Shown: positions 57,726 through 64,000 of the stretch, one piece after another
How positions within the stretch are numbered: the first letter of the stretch is position 1
Layout: the number at the start of each line of letters is the position of its first letter
IMG/VR virus record: IMGVR_UViG_3300010355_000588
DNA length: 64,000 bases
From: a virus
Taxonomy: Duplodnaviria > Caudoviricetes
Reading direction: 5' to 3' (one strand)
Position numbers and translations under genes: made by a program
Notes under the pieces: model-generated
Told to the model about the DNA's origin: nothing
The model's input: the letters and a program-made list of their open reading frames with translations, nothing else
Database searches by the model: none

Positions 57726-58349
57726 TCAGACCTGCATCAATTTGACACAAGCCTTCTCGATGTCCATAGTCATGTAGACATCGAAGAGGGCGTCATGGGC
57801 GTCCGCCTTGGAGATATCAGTGTCAATCAGACCCATCATGCGAAGCGTATTGTATACAGTGGTTAGCTTGAAGTTGTTCATCTTTGTTCGGATAGAGGCC
57901 ATCGCATAAGAAGCCAACACCATAATATCCATCGTGTTGGACCAGAAGAAGTTGCCAAAGAGGAACTTCTGGTTGGCAAGCTTCTCGGTGAGCATATTCT
58001 GGTTTTCCTGGATGAAGTTGACGATGAAGTCCTTATCAAAGTGTGCGTTGTAGGCACAGAAGAACATCTTGTCCTGGGCGTCGAAGGGCTTGCAATGTCT
58101 GACGAGCAACTTCATAAATTCCATAAAGGCTTGTTCGTATGTCATATCCCTGGATTGGACGTCTTCCTCGGTCAACCCTGAGATCTTCAATGCTCGAAGG
58201 TCAATCAGCTTCTTGGTAGACGGAGAGAACTTCAGATCAAGGGTCTCGATGGTTTTGCCATCTTCAACCAGGATCGTACAAAGCTGATGGATGGAATGGT
58301 TCTTAGGATCCAATCCAGTGGTTTCGACGTCTACATAAAGCTTCTTCAT
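57726..58349 (-). CDS. DEDDh 3'-5' exonuclease (DnaQ-like)
   Basis: DVETTG, AYNAHFD, AHDALFD. Confidence 0.9.
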   Translation of the reverse strand: MKKLYVDVETTGLDPKNHSIHQLCTILVEDGKTIETLDLKFSPSTKKLIDLRALKISGLTEEDVQSRDMTYEQAFMEFMKLLVRHCKPFDAQDKMFFCAYNAHFDKDFIVNFIQENQNMLTEKLANQKFLFGNFFWSNTMDIMVLASYAMASIRTKMNNFKLTTVYNTLRMMGLIDTDISKADAHDALFDVYMTMDIEKACVKLMQV

Positions 58350-58418
58350 GTTTCAATATCCTTCAGTATTTTCAGTATAATATATAGTACAACAAGAACT
58401 CAGTTTTGTCAATAGGAT

Positions 58419-59087
58419 TTACCCAATTAATTCAGTAATATTCACGCCATTCTTACGGTCTTTCTCAGTTAGCCCACATTCATCGAGATTGCCTTGGATT
58501 CCAGTCATATCGCCATAAATTCCAGTCACATCGCCACGAATTCCATATATATGACCATGAATTCTAGTCACATCGCCACGAATTCCATATATATGACCAT
58601 AAATTCCAGTCACATCGCCACGAATTCCATATATATGACCATGAATTCTAGTCACATCGCCACGGATTCTAGACACATTGCCACGGATTCTAGACACATT
58701 GCCAAAGATTCCAGATATATCGCCGCGGATTCCAGTCACATCGCCGCAGATTCCAGTCACATCGCCGCAGATTCCGGATACATTGCCAGAGATTCCAGTC
58801 ACATTGCCTTGCAGACTATCAACATTGCCAAAAATTCCAGACGCGTTGCCAGAAATTTTGGAAACATTACCAATAATGCTAGACACGTTACCACGAAGCT
58901 CCGACACATCACCGCGAATGCCAGTCACATCGCCAGATATTCCGGTCACATTACCATAAATATTTGATACATCACCAGAAATTTCAGCAGCATCACCATA
59001 AATTTTTTCTATGTTGCCAGTGATATTTTTTGCATTCGTCAATTCTTTTTTGATTTCAATTTTCTTCATCATCTTTTTCATCGTCAA
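58419..59087 (-). CDS. 7-residue-repeat solenoid protein, paralog 3, 26 repeats
   Basis: Same repeat and C-cap; flanked by promoters 58373-58412 and 59112-59151. Confidence 0.8.
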   Translation of the reverse strand: MTMKKMMKKIEIKKELTNAKNITGNIEKIYGDAAEISGDVSNIYGNVTGISGDVTGIRGDVSELRGNVSSIIGNVSKISGNASGIFGNVDSLQGNVTGISGNVSGICGDVTGICGDVTGIRGDISGIFGNVSRIRGNVSRIRGDVTRIHGHIYGIRGDVTGIYGHIYGIRGDVTRIHGHIYGIRGDVTGIYGDMTGIQGNLDECGLTEKDRKNGVNITELIG

Positions 59088-59161
59088 TCTCCTTTGATTA
59101 TTTGGTATTTTTAGTATAATATATAGTACAACAGGTATTCGGTTTTGTCAACAGGTAAAAC

Positions 59162-59187
59162 AAAAAAGGAGGAAAATAAATTCCTCC
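59162..59187 (-). terminator. Intrinsic terminator ending the modification operon
   Basis: GGAGGAA-N6-TTCCTCC-TTTTTT. Confidence 0.7.
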
Positions 59188-59216
59188 AATTTCGTAGTGC
59201 AGTGGACACGTTTGGA

Positions 59217-60071
59217 TCAGTTCTTTTCTACCAGCCACTTGACGAACTTGTTCTTGTTGAGATACTTGCTTTCGAGAAGCGCCTCTTTTACGTCTGGTCT
59301 GATTGTAGAGGTATCGCCAACGAACATTGATTCAGTCAGCTTCGGCGTAGAATTCTTGGCGAATGGGAACTTGAGCATGTTGCCAAACGTCTCATAGTCC
59401 TTTTCATAGATATGGTACGAGACAGAATGGTGGATATATTCGCCAAGTTCGAGATCTGGATAGTTGTCGAGAAGCTGAAGCCTCATCTGCTGCATGAGAA
59501 GCGTGAAGAATGGAACATCATATACGATCCCGAAGAAAGCATCTGAACTGCGCATGAACATGGTCAGATTGAGCTTGTCATTCCGGATGTTGAAGACCCC
59601 GTTCAGCGTACAGACAAAGTCCTTATTGTCTTGGAACGAGTGGTATGGTTTGCTGAAGCGAACGATAGCCTGGCGAGTGTCCTCATCTTTTCTGAGCGCG
59701 TCGAGAGCCCATTCCCATTCCGTATAGCCAAATTCATTCTTTTCCTTGAAGATCGTATATCCATAGGCTGACGAGAGCTTTCCAGTTTCCTTGTCAGCCA
59801 ACTTGTTCCAGAAATTGGAATATTGGCTGATGTACTTGAGATCGTTCCGCCCGAGGAAATACCACTTGAGTTCGCCTTTGAGATATTTGTCGCTAGGGCT
59901 TCGATTGTCGTTCGAGTAAAGATTGCTATATGGATTGGTGAGTTGGAGCACCATATTCGATACTTCTTTCACCTCCATTCCTCTCGGAGATACTGTCGCC
60001 TTTGAATCCATTACAGCTTCAATGGACTGCTTATAGATTTCAGCAAACGTCGAACCTTTGATAAGTTGCAT
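59217..60071 (-). CDS. Thymidylate-synthase-fold enzyme, probable dCMP hydroxymethyltransferase
   Basis: SPRG, AYG, DTRQA, DFVCT (catalytic Cys), MRSSDAFFGIVYD (Asp in place of the TS Asn), SYHIYE. Confidence 0.8.
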   Translation of the reverse strand: MQLIKGSTFAEIYKQSIEAVMDSKATVSPRGMEVKEVSNMVLQLTNPYSNLYSNDNRSPSDKYLKGELKWYFLGRNDLKYISQYSNFWNKLADKETGKLSSAYGYTIFKEKNEFGYTEWEWALDALRKDEDTRQAIVRFSKPYHSFQDNKDFVCTLNGVFNIRNDKLNLTMFMRSSDAFFGIVYDVPFFTLLMQQMRLQLLDNYPDLELGEYIHHSVSYHIYEKDYETFGNMLKFPFAKNSTPKLTESMFVGDTSTIRPDVKEALLESKYLNKNKFVKWLVEKN

Positions 60072-60112
60072 AGATATACCTTTATATCAGTTAATGATTC
60101 GTTTATGATATG

Positions 60113-60817
60113 TTAGATCGAACGGATGAAGTCGGCTACCTTCTTGACACATTCGACTGGATCTGGATCATGGGTGGTGTCGATAGACATGTTCTTGAAG
60201 ATAGACTTCGAGATATAATACGAGAAGGCGTTCTGGAGCTGGGCGATGTCCTGCACCGAAGGAGCACGTTCGGTCTTTCTGGTTTCTTTGAACCGACGAG
60301 CAACCACCACTGGATCGCATTTCACCTGTACAATAATGACAGGAAGATCGGCATTTTTCCGTTCGAGAGTTCCTAGATAAGTAGGCACTCGATTGCGAAG
60401 CGTCGGAGAATAGATGAACTCGCCGATGTGGGCCCTGTCGAAGATGAAGCTATTTCCAACGTTAGTAGCTGCTCGAATCATGTCGAACATGAGGTGGAAT
60501 TGGCCAACCTGAAAGCCATAGCGCTCATCGGTAGTATCGCCGATTGGAAATTGAAAGTGGTGGTACATCAATGGATATCCCAAATGCTTTCTAAGCGCTT
60601 CGATAAAGGTTGTCTTTCCAGAAGCATCTACTCCTTCGATGATGAGCGAATATTGCTTCATGGGTTTTTCTTGAGTAGCTTCTGGAACCGTTTCCTGAAC
60701 AACTACGTCTTGAATTGGAACTTCTTTGACGATAGGATCAACTTCTTTCTGACGTCTGACATATTTGCGCTTCTTGGGTTCTTCTACAGGTTTTTCTTCT
60801 TTTTTGCGACGAGCCAT
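60113..60817 (-). CDS. dNMP kinase (thymidylate kinase-like)
   Basis: IEGVDASGKTT, IFDRAHIGEFIYS. Confidence 0.85.
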   Translation of the reverse strand: MARRKKEEKPVEEPKKRKYVRRQKEVDPIVKEVPIQDVVVQETVPEATQEKPMKQYSLIIEGVDASGKTTFIEALRKHLGYPLMYHHFQFPIGDTTDERYGFQVGQFHLMFDMIRAATNVGNSFIFDRAHIGEFIYSPTLRNRVPTYLGTLERKNADLPVIIVQVKCDPVVVARRFKETRKTERAPSVQDIAQLQNAFSYYISKSIFKNMSIDTTHDPDPVECVKKVADFIRSI

Positions 60818-60854
60818 TAGCGTTTCTCCTAATTTGTTGGTTTAGTACAATATG

Positions 60855-61439
60855 TCATTTGTTCAGCCATTGGACTGTTGAGATTTCGCCAAATTTCGAA
60901 TTATTTTTACGGTCTTGCCACTCGACAGTGATCCCATGGTCGGCCATTAGTTCGACGTCGAGATATTCGAGGCTGCCAGTTCCGGATAAATATGTGTCGC
61001 CATTAACCATTTTGATCAGTTGGATCAGCCGTTCAGTCTTTGTCTTTTCAGTAGGATAATCGAACGCGATCTCGGTAGATATGCCAAGCATCTCCATAGT
61101 TTTCATGATAATGGCGATATTGCTAACAGCTAAAAATTCGCCAACGCATTCGTCATATATAGACAGCGCCTTTCCATCCTTGCCAAGAGAGCATTTGATC
61201 TTATTCCAGTTTCTAGCTGGATCTACGTATTTCTTATCGATGATCTTGTCTTCCAGATGCCCACGAGATACCGGCATGGTGTACCACTTGCCCAAGTGGT
61301 TGAAACGTCGCTGATAGCCTTCGTACCAAAACTGGCACTGAGTTAGAATGACGAAGACGTCTACTGATGCCATCTTCTCATAATATGGCATCCAAGGCAC
61401 GAAATTTGGCTGATGGATAGCTACTTTAGTTTTAGACAT
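60855..61439 (-). CDS. WbqC-like family protein
   Basis: AIHQPNFVPWMPYYEKM..DVFVIL..QF, TMPV, TERLI, YLSG.G...YLD. Confidence 0.88.
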   Translation of the reverse strand: MSKTKVAIHQPNFVPWMPYYEKMASVDVFVILTQCQFWYEGYQRRFNHLGKWYTMPVSRGHLEDKIIDKKYVDPARNWNKIKCSLGKDGKALSIYDECVGEFLAVSNIAIIMKTMEMLGISTEIAFDYPTEKTKTERLIQLIKMVNGDTYLSGTGSLEYLDVELMADHGITVEWQDRKNNSKFGEISTVQWLNK

Positions 61440-61447
61440 GCCGAACC

Positions 61448-62134
61448 TCAGATTAGTTTGCTATTGGATAGAACGACAAGGCAATCAGCCATCATGTTAT
61501 GCTCAATGACAACGTTCGGAGTTACGCTGAGAGCAGAGTCAAGAACGAGCGAAGGAGAGAAATATTCGAAGGTCGGTTCACGCTTCAAACACCAGGCTGA
61601 TGGAAAATTGCAAAATACCATATTAGACATCTTTATCATTTCGTTGAAGAAAGTAGTTAGAAATTTAGGATGCCAGGCTGGAAAACCACGATTGTTGAAT
61701 AGACCAGAGACTATCGTACAGTCGAAATTGCCATATGTTTCTTGAAATATTGAGAAATCTAAAGCATCGTCGAGAAAAAATGCTATGTCGTTTACATTGC
61801 CATATGTCTTATTGGCATATCTGATGAATGCTGGATTGTTGTCAATGCCAACATATTTAGAAAAACCATCTTTATGTATTTCACAAAAGCCACCAAACCC
61901 ACAGCCAATTTCAAATATAGAAAAAGACTCAAAATTTTTGCAATATTTAGCCATCTGATCGTAACGGACCACCGCTGAAACAATAGACTTCCAGTGAAGC
62001 AACTGCCATTTGTCTGGATGGTTTTCAATGTCTTCGACCGTAAGCGATTCTGTCTTATAGAATTCCTTATCAATCTTGGCGTTGATGTTTTGAGCATTAT
62101 CCATAATGGCCGTAATTGGATAGAATACTGGCAT
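61448..62134 (-). CDS. Class I SAM-dependent methyltransferase
   Basis: IFEIGCGFG, YVGID, SGLFN. Confidence 0.85.
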   Translation of the reverse strand: MPVFYPITAIMDNAQNINAKIDKEFYKTESLTVEDIENHPDKWQLLHWKSIVSAVVRYDQMAKYCKNFESFSIFEIGCGFGGFCEIHKDGFSKYVGIDNNPAFIRYANKTYGNVNDIAFFLDDALDFSIFQETYGNFDCTIVSGLFNNRGFPAWHPKFLTTFFNEMIKMSNMVFCNFPSAWCLKREPTFEYFSPSLVLDSALSVTPNVVIEHNMMADCLVVLSNSKLI

Positions 62135-62145
62135 TGTCCATCTCC

Positions 62146-62793
62146 TTAGATAGTATAATTAATATGTTTGATCTGATAAGCTTCAGCATATTCAGCATAA
62201 CAGAATTGTCCATGATAGGCAGCAGTGGCCTTGATCTTCTTGACGTAGAAATTGTCGTTCTTCTTACACTGAGACGGAAAGCATTCCAACATATGGTCAG
62301 TCTTGTAGTTAAGCATTTCTTCAGAAAGTGGCATGTACATGTTTGGAATGAAGTCGATGCTAGTGGCTGCTTCGTAATAAATTAACGAACACTTTCTACT
62401 TGCGTCAGTAGCTGCTTCTCCAACAGTACGATGATCGATATGAGTATCGAGAGGAAATGGAGCAAAGACGAACTTAATGTCATGTCTAGAAATAGTATCC
62501 TCAATCTCATCTCGAAGTTCGTTATAGTGTTCGTTTAGCGTTCTAACAACAAATGGATAGGTAGGGCGTTCCAACCAAAAGTTTAGATTGAAATGCGCCT
62601 TAAGTATACGTTCAGATTCTTTTTGTTCGTGCCAACGTGGATCGTCGTCGATAGTATGGCAGATATTTAGAATATGAACTGCCTTTCCCTTAGAGGTGAC
62701 GTCCTTAGCAATTTGGACAAAGGCTCCGAGACAAGAAATTTCCATGTCGTCAGAGTGAGTAGATACAAATAGTGTCTTGTCCGTAATGGTCAT
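62146..62793 (-). CDS. PIG-L/LmbE family N-deacetylase
   Basis: STHSDDMEISC, DTHIDH, F.SQ, YAEAY. Confidence 0.88.
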   Translation of the reverse strand: MTITDKTLFVSTHSDDMEISCLGAFVQIAKDVTSKGKAVHILNICHTIDDDPRWHEQKESERILKAHFNLNFWLERPTYPFVVRTLNEHYNELRDEIEDTISRHDIKFVFAPFPLDTHIDHRTVGEAATDASRKCSLIYYEAATSIDFIPNMYMPLSEEMLNYKTDHMLECFPSQCKKNDNFYVKKIKATAAYHGQFCYAEYAEAYQIKHINYTI

Positions 62794-63989
62794 CTAATCC
62801 ATTCCTTTCCAGTCAGTCGTTTGTAGTCAGCATGAAAAATGTCGCAAATAAACGTGCCATCATAATATTCTGGTTTTAGGCGATTGTTTTGTTCTATTAG
62901 CAATTTGACATAGAAGTCATGATCAGTCATTACTTTATGTATTTTTTCGCGAAAATTCATGGGGTTAACTCGAAGAAAGTGGTCGAGTGGAAAGACATGG
63001 CCCTGGGTATCGTATTCTTTAGCCATGAAGGCGATGCACCCTGGATCGTCGATGGATCTACCGTTCATTGTCTCACACCATTTAGTAGTAGCCCATTTCT
63101 CAGTAATAAGAAGCGATATTTTAGTAGCCTTCATTAGTTCGGCCAACTCGTTCATGTCCTTAGGTCCTTTGAAGCGAGGATCAGCTTCTAGAATTTCGTC
63201 ACGCCACTTTCCATAAATCTCGACGTTCTTGATGCAGTTAGGAGTATCCCACTTGCCAATATATTTCATCAGTGTTGGATATCTATCGGGATTGCCATTG
63301 GAGTCTTCCTGGTTCAGAACGATTCTAAACTGATTGAGCTTCTTCTTGGCTAACTCTGGAATCTGTTCGATGGGGGTCTTCTGTTGGTAGTTCAAGAAGA
63401 GAGTCTCCAACCCTACATATTTCGCAGGTATCTTCGTCCTGACAAGCTTTCTTGGCTTGGCATCCTCGAAGCATCTAATAGTCTCAGCCCAATCTATGCA
63501 AGGCGAATCGAACTGCGTTAGAAGCAACGACGGTAGATTAGCCTGATATAATTCCTTCTCTCTGGTCATTAGATATCTAGAGTCGTTCGAATAATATGAC
63601 TTAGGTACCTCTACATGGTCGTTCAGAACATATAGAATAGGAGCTGTCATACGCTTGTTCTGAGCGAGTACCTTCTGACATTTCTTTCCTTTAGCACTGG
63701 CCATAGTGATGAAGTTGGGCATATTAATATCCCCAGTGGGCCCTGCTAGAATGACAAAATAATCGATCTTGGCCTTCTTGACTTGTTCGTTAAGTAGCTT
63801 GAAATATTCCCAGCTCTCGCAAGTAGCTTCATTGCACGTCAAACCCTCAGTCAAATCGAAGACGTTGGAATATTTGAACTGGGCCTTGATCTCGTCAGAA
63901 CAAGTAGACAGATCGTTTCGGCCGAAGATGAAGATTTTGTCCTTCGGATGATGGTTGGCGAGTAGATTGACCATCTTCGGAGCATTCAA
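62790..63989 (-). CDS. GT-B glycosyltransferase, possibly DNA beta-glucosyltransferase-like; 5' end may lie outside the window
   Basis: NDSRY, VEIYGKW, WATTKWCE, YDTQ...FLRV; context beside the hydroxymethylase. Confidence 0.5.
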   Translation of the reverse strand: MNAPKMVNLLANHHPKDKIFIFGRNDLSTCSDEIKAQFKYSNVFDLTEGLTCNEATCESWEYFKLLNEQVKKAKIDYFVILAGPTGDINMPNFITMASAKGKKCQKVLAQNKRMTAPILYVLNDHVEVPKSYYSNDSRYLMTREKELYQANLPSLLLTQFDSPCIDWAETIRCFEDAKPRKLVRTKIPAKYVGLETLFLNYQQKTPIEQIPELAKKKLNQFRIVLNQEDSNGNPDRYPTLMKYIGKWDTPNCIKNVEIYGKWRDEILEADPRFKGPKDMNELAELMKATKISLLITEKWATTKWCETMNGRSIDDPGCIAFMAKEYDTQGHVFPLDHFLRVNPMNFREKIHKVMTDHDFYVKLLIEQNNRLKPEYYDGTFICDIFHADYKRLTGKEWIR

Positions 63990-64000
63990 ATCTCCGCCTG

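Noticed and set aside
59217-60071. Ordinary thyA
   Set aside because: Asp replaces the dUMP-specifying Asn, and ThyX is already present.
1-64000. Genome-wide TAG reassignment (code 15)
   Set aside because: Core genes are intact under code 11 and several end at TAG at natural C-termini or convergent overlaps. Only partial readthrough remains possible.

Overview
A 64-kb segment of a large T4-like (Caudoviricetes, myovirus-type) phage genome that is only distantly related to T4. It carries head and packaging genes (terminase, gp3, gp4, gp15, portal, protease, scaffold, major capsid protein), a minus-strand replication block (clamp, SSB, clamp loader, ligase, helicase, UvsX, ThyX, topoisomerase II), a sigma-70-type factor, one tRNA-Arg, two homing-endonuclease-like genes, and many small early genes behind a repeated promoter. 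The strongest find is a split topoisomerase II large subunit resembling T4 genes 39/60. Its gene-60-like half has the catalytic DADGDG|SHI motif interrupted by a 19-nt coding gap (matched GGT codons, TAG, hairpin, GGAG), which is the signature of programmed ribosomal bypassing with a much shorter gap than T4's 50 nt and no mobA. Other candidates: (i) a cytosine hypermodification locus (Asp-type TS-fold enzyme, dNMP kinase, WbqC, methyltransferase, PIG-L deacetylase, glycosyltransferase); (ii) about 15 proteins sharing a putative capsid-targeting N-terminus, including four nucleotide-transfer enzymes, with two of the genes interrupted by a single in-frame TAG; (iii) a nonulosonic-acid synthesis, activation and transfer cluster; (iv) three 7-residue-repeat solenoid paralogs; (v) a candidate promoter motif for the phage sigma factor. 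All family calls come from motif recognition by eye and recalled reference sequences. No searches were run.
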